From positions 1 to 36,875 of IMG/VR virus record IMGVR_UViG_3300033485_000049: 36,875 nt of DNA; one strand, given 5' to 3'. A model generated the notes under the pieces. It was not told where the DNA came from. It saw only the letters and a list, made by a program, of their open reading frames with translations, and ran no database searches. The position numbers were made by a program, and so were the translations under genes. Position 1 is the first letter of the stretch. Each line of letters begins with the position of its first letter. Of this stretch, positions 25,904 through 33,413 are shown in pieces. The stretch is from a virus (taxonomy: Duplodnaviria; Caudoviricetes).

Positions 25904-26005
25904 AACTTTTAGAGGACTACCAATTCCGTGGACGATTTGATCGTCCTCTAAGAGTTAAGCTTTAAGCGTGTGATGGAATTGGTAGTTCCCCTCACTCCTC
26001 TTAAA
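25904..26005 (+). promoter_or_regulatory. Two-hairpin leader with complementary loops upstream of rha
   Basis: actaccaattcc (25916-25927) is complementary to ggaattggtagt (25975-25986); TGATATAAT at 25888. Confidence 0.65.
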
Positions 26006-26029
26006 ATAATCATACCGAAAGAATAAACA

Positions 26030-26689
26030 ATGTCAAACGTAATCATCAACAATGTTGAGGTTCATTTAGTTTCCCGTGATGGGTCAATATTTGCAAACAG
26101 TTTAGAATTAGCCGCAGTTTTTCAAAAACTACATAAAGACGTAATCAGAAAAATACATGATTTAAACGATAGAGCAAAGCGTAATTTTACGCTTAAGTAT
26201 TATCAAAGTAATGGAAAAGAATTTCCTATGTATGAAATGAACCGTGATGGGTTTATGTTTTTGGCTATGGGATTCACTGGTTCGGAAGCTGAGAGTTTTA
26301 AACTAGATTTGATTGACGCTTTTAATGAAATGGAACGACAAGTTAAAGAAACTCCAAAACTACCAACTAACCCGATGGAAATCCTACAACTCGTTTTCGA
26401 TGCTCAAAAAGCAACTAATATTGAATTGATTGAAATTAAGGATGATCTCGAAGGACTTAAAAATGATATTGTACTAACTCCGGCACAAAAACGCATCTTG
26501 CAAAAATCGGTAAGCTCAAAAGTTTACAGCTTCAATGCTCCATCCGAATCAAATAAAAAGCTATTTAGTAAAATATATTCAAAACTAAAAGACCGATATT
26601 TTATTAGCAGTTATATGGAAATCCAACGCCTACAATTTAACGAAGCAAAAAGTATGGTTGATAATATCACGCTTATTGATTTGGTTTGA
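26030..26689 (+). CDS. rha: Rha-family phage regulatory protein (possible ORF6C-like C-terminus)
   Basis: SLELAAVFQKLHKDVIRKI, PMYEMNRDGFMFLAMGFTG..A..FK...IDAFNEME. Confidence 0.9.
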   Translation: MSNVIINNVEVHLVSRDGSIFANSLELAAVFQKLHKDVIRKIHDLNDRAKRNFTLKYYQSNGKEFPMYEMNRDGFMFLAMGFTGSEAESFKLDLIDAFNEMERQVKETPKLPTNPMEILQLVFDAQKATNIELIEIKDDLEGLKNDIVLTPAQKRILQKSVSSKVYSFNAPSESNKKLFSKIYSKLKDRYFISSYMEIQRLQFNEAKSMVDNITLIDLV

Positions 26690-26699
26690 GGGGGATGGC

Positions 26700-26897
26700 A
26701 TGAAAGATATATCTATTTTACAAGATGAGTATAAAGATTTATTTATTAAAACTATTGCTTATGAAGCTATGCTTGACCCAAATGATATGTGGATGGCTTA
26801 TAATGAGTTTGATGCACATAAAGAAATGGTTGGAGATGATTTTATTGGAAACCCACAATTTGAAGCAAAAGAGTGTTTGAGTTATTGGATTGACTAA
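26700..26897 (+). CDS. Acidic hypothetical protein
   Basis: GAGGGGG RBS before MKDISILQDEY. Confidence 0.6.
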   Translation: MKDISILQDEYKDLFIKTIAYEAMLDPNDMWMAYNEFDAHKEMVGDDFIGNPQFEAKECLSYWID

Positions 26898-26926
26898 TTT
26901 TAACAAAATAACGCTATAATACCTAA

Positions 26927-27085
26927 GCCAAACTTCGGTTTGGTGGACAAAAGCTTTTAAATAAGAGCCGTTTCTCCTTTGGTCGGGTTGGCGGTTCTGA
27001 TTTAAGTGCTTTGGAGAGAAACCCGACCGCATATCTCTCACTTAAAACAATCACTTAAATTTAAAATAGCGGTATCTAAGGATAC
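26927..27085 (+). promoter_or_regulatory. Structured leader with complementary loops upstream of the replication initiator
   Basis: TATAAT at 26915; cUUCGg hairpin 26927-26944; ggtcgggtt (26981-26989) complementary to aacccgacc (27020-27028). Confidence 0.65.
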
Positions 27086-27087
27086 AA

Positions 27088-27867
27088 ATGAGATGGACGT
27101 TAAACGTAAATCAAAAACAATCTTTATGTCTTGGCATTAAAAACATAAATCAGTCCATTATTTTAGGGCTTATTTGTGAATGTCATTCGTGGGCTGAAGC
27201 TGTCTTAATTGACGGACAAGTATTCTATTGGACTTCAAGACAATCGTTCTCTAAAGAGCTTCCTTTGCTAGATTTAAAAGCAGATACAATCTACCGTCAT
27301 TTAAAAACTCTCGAACAATTAGGGCTTATTGAGTATAAAAAAGACGGTAAAAAAGACTGTGTTAGATTAACTAAATTAGGTAAAAGTTACTATGTCGGAA
27401 ATGAATCCGAATTTAGTGAAAACTCGGAAATGAATCCAACTAAACTCGGAAATGAATCCGAAAATAACTCGGAAATGAATCCGACATATCCTAATACTAT
27501 ATCTAATCATAATACTAATAAAATAATATATAGTGATTTTGTTAAAATATTTTCATTCGTTGATGAGGACAGTTTTATAAAAATGATTTCTCACTTAAAA
27601 ACAAAACATTATAACCTTACTAAACATAGAGTTAAAAATAATATTAACAAGCTAATAAACAATCCTGATTTATTTAAACTTGCAGTTGATAAAATGATTG
27701 AGCTTGATTACAGCGGTTTATTTATACCATCTTTAACTCCAATTAAAAAACAGTATGAACCGACTAAAAGCAAAATGGATGTAACAATGGAAACTTACGA
27801 AAGAGTCCAAGAGATGAAGCGACAACAAGCTGGAAAGCAAAATGTGATTGATGGGGAGATAGTATGA
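27088..27867 (+). CDS. Replication initiator (lambda O-like, winged HTH)
   Basis: N-terminal wHTH (TIYRHLKTLEQLGLIEY) and internal iteron array. Confidence 0.8.
   Translation: MRWTLNVNQKQSLCLGIKNINQSIILGLICECHSWAEAVLIDGQVFYWTSRQSFSKELPLLDLKADTIYRHLKTLEQLGLIEYKKDGKKDCVRLTKLGKSYYVGNESEFSENSEMNPTKLGNESENNSEMNPTYPNTISNHNTNKIIYSDFVKIFSFVDEDSFIKMISHLKTKHYNLTKHRVKNNINKLINNPDLFKLAVDKMIELDYSGLFIPSLTPIKKQYEPTKSKMDVTMETYERVQEMKRQQAGKQNVIDGEIV
27395..27484. repeat. Four iterons (TCGGAAATGAATCCGA), probable replication origin
   Basis: Copies begin at 27395, 27424, 27446 and 27469 and are followed by an AT-rich tract. Confidence 0.85.
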
Positions 27868-28520
27868 AAGATTCAATGACCGACAAAATGAACAAGATAC
27901 ACAACATAGACTGCTTAGAGTTTATGAAGCAAGTACCTGATAAATACTTTGATTTGGTGCTAACTGACCCACCGTATGGGATAGATTTAGCGAATATGAA
28001 TATGGGAGCTGGTAAATCAGCAAAGTGTTCGAGGATAGAAAATCGTAAATGGGAAGCAAAAGACTGGGATAAAAAAACTCCAGATCAAGAAATATTTAAT
28101 GAAATATTTAGAATTTCAAAGCATCAAATTATATGGGGAGGTAATTATTTTGATTTACCGCCATATAAATTTTATATCTTATGGGATAAAGAAATACCAA
28201 ACGGATTGAGTTTTGCAGACTGTGAAATTGCGTGGACTTCTTACAATAAAGCACCTCGTATTTTTAGATATTCAGCATATCAGGATAAAAATAATAAGTT
28301 TCATCCAACTCAAAAGCCGTTGAAGCTATTTGATTATTGCCTAAGAACTGCAAATGACAAACAAGAGATTAAAACCATATTTGACCCATTTATGGGAAGC
28401 GGAACAACTGCCGTAGCGTGTCAATCGCTAGGGTTAGAGTGGTGTGGATGTGAACTCGAAGCCGATTATGTAGCAATAGCAAATAAACGCTTAGAAGCTG
28501 TGCAGGGGAGTTTGTTTTGA
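27864..28520 (+). CDS. DNA N6-adenine/N4-cytosine methyltransferase (beta class)
   Basis: DPPY precedes HPTQKP and DPFMGSGTT. Confidence 0.93.
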   Translation: MKDSMTDKMNKIHNIDCLEFMKQVPDKYFDLVLTDPPYGIDLANMNMGAGKSAKCSRIENRKWEAKDWDKKTPDQEIFNEIFRISKHQIIWGGNYFDLPPYKFYILWDKEIPNGLSFADCEIAWTSYNKAPRIFRYSAYQDKNNKFHPTQKPLKLFDYCLRTANDKQEIKTIFDPFMGSGTTAVACQSLGLEWCGCELEADYVAIANKRLEAVQGSLF

Positions 28521-29119
28521 AAGACCTAATAGACTACATAGCACAACTCTTCGGGCTAGAAATGAAAAGCACTATCAGTATCATGGATATGGAGCAAGAT
28601 ATAGGTGAAATACAAAACCACGCTGAATACGTCCGATACCTAAAAAATGGATTTAACCTCGATGATATTAAGTTTCTAACAGCTTATCAAAAGTTTCTCA
28701 CACTCACGAAGCGGTATAAGGCTATTGAAGCGGAAACTATCAATAAGCACCGCATTGAAATGATGGGGTCACTTGCAGAGAAGCTATCTGAGAAGGTTAA
28801 GCAATTCGACGTATCTATTCTGAACCATCCATATAAAGATAAGCTAAAATGGGAAAATATCAAAAGTGTAGACGATGTTGAGGTAAACTTTTTCAGCCAT
28901 AAGGAAATTTTGGCATTGAGTACAATAGGACAACCGCTACACTGCATTGAGATTCAACGTGCTATAAGTGGTCGTGATTGTCTAACAGAACGTCTTGAAG
29001 AGATTTTTATATCAAAAGTTACTCAAGGTATTGCTATTGAAAATAAAAGCCATACAGATGATATTAGAGCTAATACCGACGTAATGCAATTAGCAAAAAA
29101 TTTAGTGAATAGAGGGTGA
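28517..29119 (+). CDS. Hypothetical protein (possible helicase loader, by position only)
   Basis: 200-aa ORF in the replication module; no recognised motif. Confidence 0.55.
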   Translation: MKDLIDYIAQLFGLEMKSTISIMDMEQDIGEIQNHAEYVRYLKNGFNLDDIKFLTAYQKFLTLTKRYKAIEAETINKHRIEMMGSLAEKLSEKVKQFDVSILNHPYKDKLKWENIKSVDDVEVNFFSHKEILALSTIGQPLHCIEIQRAISGRDCLTERLEEIFISKVTQGIAIENKSHTDDIRANTDVMQLAKNLVNRG

Positions 29120-29126
29120 AATAAAA

Positions 29127-29402
29127 ATGATAACCTCTCATTTCCTGCAACAAAAAGGCTATACTCCAAAACAAAGCACAAGCATAATGCGAAAGCTAAA
29201 ATCTCTAAACTGTGAAGTAAAAGAGATTAAAATATGTTCTGAGTACGTCAGAAACGGTACTACGTGCAATTATCTACGGTTTAGTAATGGAATCGGTCAC
29301 ATTGAAGCTTTAAACGCTTTAAGACGCTACAATGATAATATGGCAAAAAACGCTGATAAAAAGTTTTGGACGTTGGTTTTACAAAATATGGAGGCGATGT
29401 GA
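29127..29402 (+). CDS. Hypothetical protein
   Basis: GAGGGT RBS; coupled to the ninG-like gene. Confidence 0.6.
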   Translation: MITSHFLQQKGYTPKQSTSIMRKLKSLNCEVKEIKICSEYVRNGTTCNYLRFSNGIGHIEALNALRRYNDNMAKNADKKFWTLVLQNMEAM

Positions 29403-29944
29403 TGAGAACTTGCAAAATATGCAAAGATAAGTTTGAGCCAAGCCCTAATATGTTTTGCCCCCCAACTTGTGAAAAGTTCGAGTGTAGAAACGAATACGTT
29501 ATGAAGCATTTAAACAAAAAAAAGCGTGAAGTAAACAAAGAAAATGCAAAAGCAAAAAAAGAGTTTAACGAGAATGATCGCAAGTTCCTTTTAGAGTTAG
29601 CACAAAAAACTGTTAATACTTTTATCCGTATGCGTGACGGTAAGTACTGCATATCTTGTGAATCAAGTGGGGAAGGTAGACAATATCAGGCGGGGCATTA
29701 CAAGTCGCAAGGCGGTAACAGCGCATTACGATTTGATGAAAATAATCTGAATGTACAATGCGTATACTGCAATATGCATCAAAGCGGAAACCTTGCAAAA
29801 TATCGAATAAACCTGATTAAAAAAATAGGAATTGATGAGGTAATATATTTGGAAACCACAAAAAATACAAAGCTTTGGACGGTGGACGAATTGAAAGGTA
29901 TTATTAAGATTTATAAGCAGAAAATAAAGGAATTACAGGTATAA
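29402..29944 (+). CDS. ninG: NinG/Rap-like HNH resolvase
   Basis: CKIC, AQKTVNTFIRMRD, CISC, AGHY, LRFDENNLNVQCVYCN...GN...YRINLIKKIG; GGAGG RBS before MRTC. Confidence 0.88.
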   Translation: MRTCKICKDKFEPSPNMFCPPTCEKFECRNEYVMKHLNKKKREVNKENAKAKKEFNENDRKFLLELAQKTVNTFIRMRDGKYCISCESSGEGRQYQAGHYKSQGGNSALRFDENNLNVQCVYCNMHQSGNLAKYRINLIKKIGIDEVIYLETTKNTKLWTVDELKGIIKIYKQKIKELQV

Positions 29945-30064
29945 TAACACAATCGATGAACTTGGTAATAAGATTCATGTCTCTTAAGCAATTAATCGGT
30001 GTTTATCATAACTGAGTATTTGGGTATGATTTATTGACAAACTCCCATTTGGGAGCGTCGTATG

Positions 30065-30141
30065 TTTGATTTTAAATAGGCACTTGAAGAGTTTTTCACC
30101 TTCTCGCTTTGAGTGTCCATTTAAAATCAAAAAAAGGTGAA
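30065..30141 (+). promoter_or_regulatory. Predicted SD-sequestering pseudoknot leader
   Basis: Arms 30065-30089 / 30107-30131; loop ttcacctt (30095-30102) complementary to aaggtgaa (30134-30141). Confidence 0.72.
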
Positions 30142-30144
30142 TAC

Positions 30145-30459
30145 ATGAGTAAAAAACAAAAGCTACGTGATGATATTGAGCTCTTAGAGATTTATGCCGA
30201 AGCATTAGAGATTGAGTTGAAGTTAGCACACGATGATAACGAGGACGTGAACCGACGTTTGGGTATTGCCAACTCAACGGTATGCAAACAAATTGATGAG
30301 ATTACACAACTTACTGATATTATTCAAAGCTATGTAAAACACATCGAAATGATTAATAGACAGTTAGAGCAACAAGACAAAGCAATCGAACGAAAAGACT
30401 CTCAATGGTTGGGCTTACGTATGGCGTTTCAAGATGCGCTAATAAATAATCAGGTTTAA
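30145..30459 (+). CDS. Coiled-coil hypothetical protein
   Basis: AAGGTG RBS before MSKKQKL at 30145; heptad pattern. Confidence 0.7.
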   Translation: MSKKQKLRDDIELLEIYAEALEIELKLAHDDNEDVNRRLGIANSTVCKQIDEITQLTDIIQSYVKHIEMINRQLEQQDKAIERKDSQWLGLRMAFQDALINNQV

Positions 30460-30461
30460 TC

Positions 30462-30731
30462 ATGTTTTCCCTCGAAGAACTTTACGGCATGAGTCGTGAG
30501 GAATATTTAACTACGACTGGTATTACTCGAAACGAATTACTTTGCCACTTAATCGCTGAGGTGTCGATACTTCAAGCGAATTATGAACGGATGCAAGTTG
30601 AGTTTACACATGGTGGTATGATTACTTGCGATGACCAACGGTATCGGGCGAGACTCTTAAAAGAGATTAATGGGAAGATTGAGCGCAAGAGCTTGAAGAT
30701 TAGAGATTTAAAGAAAAATGTTGTAAACTAG
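30462..30731 (+). CDS. Hypothetical protein, paralogue of 18227..18502
   Basis: FSLEELYGMSREEY...RARLLKEI. Confidence 0.8.
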   Translation: MFSLEELYGMSREEYLTTTGITRNELLCHLIAEVSILQANYERMQVEFTHGGMITCDDQRYRARLLKEINGKIERKSLKIRDLKKNVVN

Positions 30732-30735
30732 CGAT

Positions 30736-31086
30736 ATGAGCAACGTAACATCTAAATATTATCAACTTAGCGAATACCTACAAGATGATATTTATTTAGT
30801 ATGCCATGTAATACGTTCTTATTGTAAGACGGATGTATCGTTTAAATGCGTTTTTAAAGCAGTAGAGAGCTTAAATCTTGATGAGTACGAAGATTGCATT
30901 GACGATGCACTTGATTCAGGCAGAGAGGCTATAATAGCTTCTAGTATTGGATTGACATTCAGGAGTGAAAAAGAGTATATTAATTACTTAGTTCTACTAC
31001 TCGAAAGTAATGCGGTAGGATATGCTCCGTTTCATTTAGCAAGTAGTAGTATCGATAAATTCCAAGGAGGGTTATTTAATGCCTAA
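30736..31086 (+). CDS. Hypothetical protein
   Basis: 116-aa ORF within the operon. Confidence 0.6.
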   Translation: MSNVTSKYYQLSEYLQDDIYLVCHVIRSYCKTDVSFKCVFKAVESLNLDEYEDCIDDALDSGREAIIASSIGLTFRSEKEYINYLVLLLESNAVGYAPFHLASSSIDKFQGGLFNA

Positions 31087-31204
31087 AGCAACCAAGAAAG
31101 ACCGATGCGTTTCAGCAGTAAAGAAACAAGGTAAGAGTGAGTCTAGCGCATACGCTATTTGTACGGATTCACTTGGTAAGACTAAAAGCAAAAAGAAGAA
31201 ATAA
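31079..31204 (+). CDS. 41-aa basic protein with DRCV...SAYAICT motif
   Basis: Perfect AAGGAGG RBS; MPKATKKDRCVSAVKKQGKSESSAYAICTDSLGKTKSKKKK. Confidence 0.75.
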   Translation: MPKATKKDRCVSAVKKQGKSESSAYAICTDSLGKTKSKKKK

Positions 31205-31449
31205 TGATTGATATAATTAAAGATTTTTGGGTAAATATGCTTTTATTAGCAGAGTTTAGCGCAATACGTTTATTTATTCATTATGTAATTATTTGGTTTA
31301 TTATTGAGGTGATAGCATACAACATTGAAAAAATGATAGGAGTTCCAACTATTTACCGATGGTATGACATGGTAATCACATTTACTTTAATTTGGATATA
31401 TCTATACAATATCCAATATTTATTAGATACAATTAAAAGTAGAATATAA
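31204..31449 (+). CDS. Small membrane protein
   Basis: Two hydrophobic segments; TAATG-coupled at both ends. Confidence 0.6.
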   Translation: MIDIIKDFWVNMLLLAEFSAIRLFIHYVIIWFIIEVIAYNIEKMIGVPTIYRWYDMVITFTLIWIYLYNIQYLLDTIKSRI

Positions 31450-32069
31450 TGGCATATAGCCAAACGCAATGGGATCGTGCTAAGTTCTTATTTGAGCTTG
31501 GGTACTCACTAAGAGATATTGAGGAAGATTGTAGTATCTCACACGTACAAATAAGCCGTAAAGCAAAGAAAGAACAATGGCAAAAGGTAACAGAGAAGCA
31601 ATCTATTAAAGCCGACGTTATCGCACTTGAAAAAGAAAATGTAACACTTTCGGACAAAAAGGTAACAGTATCGCAACGGGTTGCAACATTATCGGACTTT
31701 GAGATAACTATTTTGAGTGAAAAGATTACCGAAGAGATAGGGATTAAAAGCCTGATAACTAATACGCAAGCCCTTGCAGTGATACGAGCTAATGAGCAAT
31801 TAACGCGTAACACAAAGACTGTTATGTTAAAAGAGAGACAATACAGCAGTGAAGGCGTACCTATTGGAGAAGAATATACCCCTTATGAAGTGCCACTCGA
31901 TTCAACTGATATAAAAAATAATGTTGATTCAGTTGATAAAGCGTCTATCACTCTCAAAGTATCAGACCGTCATGCTCCAAAGATCGAAGTAAACACGCAA
32001 AATAATCAAATAACGCACTTATCAGTAGACGAAATAAGCAAAGCAATAGCAAATGGATTACCAGATTAA
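31449..32069 (+). CDS. terS: Terminase small subunit
   Basis: N-terminal HTH (GYSLRDIEEDCSISHVQISRKAKKEQW) directly upstream of terL. Confidence 0.8.
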   Translation: MAYSQTQWDRAKFLFELGYSLRDIEEDCSISHVQISRKAKKEQWQKVTEKQSIKADVIALEKENVTLSDKKVTVSQRVATLSDFEITILSEKITEEIGIKSLITNTQALAVIRANEQLTRNTKTVMLKERQYSSEGVPIGEEYTPYEVPLDSTDIKNNVDSVDKASITLKVSDRHAPKIEVNTQNNQITHLSVDEISKAIANGLPD

Positions 32070-33370
32070 TGGATTATCTTTCAGATATCAACAAGAAACG
32101 ATGGTATAAGCTTATCGATCACCCTATACAATTAGACCTAGTTAATGACGATGTACGTTTTAAAGTAGTCCCAGCAGGTCGTCGTAGCGGAAAGACTGAA
32201 AGAGCTAAACGCTACATAATCAAACAAGCACTTAAAAACCCAAACGAACAGTATTTCGTTGCAGCACCTACACGCGACCAAGTTAAAAAGATTTACTGGA
32301 ATGACCTGAAAAGGCTTATGCCTGAATCGCAAAAGATGAAGCCACCAAGTGAAACAGAATTAACACTACATTTCAAAAATGGAACTATTATTGTATTGAT
32401 CGGACTTGATAAACCTGAACGTATCGAGGGGACATTTTGGAGCGGTGGTATCATTGACGAAATAGCCGACATTAAAGAGGGAGCATGGGAGGCTAATATA
32501 TCCCCTGCCCTTGATACATTCAACCCGTCACGACCTGATTATTTAGCGTGGTGTTGGCTTATTGGTGTACCTGATGGATTAAACTTTTATTACGACATGG
32601 CAACATACGCAGAAACAGCAAACGATCCACAGTGGAAGTTATATCACTGGAAGTCAGCCGACATCCTACCAGCTAAGACAATCGAGGCGGCAAAGCGACG
32701 GATGAGCCGTAAACAATACTTGCAAGAGTATGAAGCAAGCTTTGAGACTGCAACAGGGCGTATTTACGAAGATTACTCCAAGGCAAACCATAGCGATAAG
32801 ACATACGATGAAAACCGACCTATTATTTGGACGCACGACTTTAACTATACTCCTATGAGTTCCGCCATCATTCAAGAGTACGATAATGTTTCCTATGTAG
32901 TGGACGAGATCATCTTAGAAAGCGCAGTAGCAAAGAATGCCGCTATGGAGTTTGTGGAACGATACAAGAACTCAAAGATCAAACAAGTGTTTCTATATGG
33001 CGATCCAGCAGGACGAGCAGGAGAAAAACATAGTCAAGAATCATCATGGAGCTCAATTAAAGAAATATTGAAAGCCGACGGATGGACGGTAACGGACAGA
33101 ATACCATACTCAACTAAGTCAATCATGGACGGGCAAAACAGTTTACGGGCTAGGATATTAAACGCACTTGATGAGATCAACTTTTATGTGAACCCGTCAA
33201 TTTGTAAATATACAGATAAGGGATTATCAACAACTCAATTAAAAGACGGTTCAAGCTTTCAAGAAAAAGACAGTCAATATCAGCATATTACGACAGCACT
33301 AAGATATTACACAAATGTTCGCTTCCCTATTATTCCTCAATACGGCTCAACTAAAATAGGTGGGTTATGA
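32069..33370 (+). CDS. terL: Terminase large subunit
   Basis: Walker A AGRRSGKT, APTRDQ, Walker B GIIDE, QEYEASF, DFN and YGDPAG nuclease motifs. Confidence 0.95.
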   Translation: MDYLSDINKKRWYKLIDHPIQLDLVNDDVRFKVVPAGRRSGKTERAKRYIIKQALKNPNEQYFVAAPTRDQVKKIYWNDLKRLMPESQKMKPPSETELTLHFKNGTIIVLIGLDKPERIEGTFWSGGIIDEIADIKEGAWEANISPALDTFNPSRPDYLAWCWLIGVPDGLNFYYDMATYAETANDPQWKLYHWKSADILPAKTIEAAKRRMSRKQYLQEYEASFETATGRIYEDYSKANHSDKTYDENRPIIWTHDFNYTPMSSAIIQEYDNVSYVVDEIILESAVAKNAAMEFVERYKNSKIKQVFLYGDPAGRAGEKHSQESSWSSIKEILKADGWTVTDRIPYSTKSIMDGQNSLRARILNALDEINFYVNPSICKYTDKGLSTTQLKDGSSFQEKDSQYQHITTALRYYTNVRFPIIPQYGSTKIGGL

Positions 33371-33413
33371 TTATTCGTTATAATATTGACAATATTACCC
33401 ACAAAGGGAACAA

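Noticed and set aside
27395-27484. Mini-CRISPR array
   Set aside because: Spacers are only 6-13 nt, the repeats lie inside the initiator gene, and no cas genes are present; iterons explain it better
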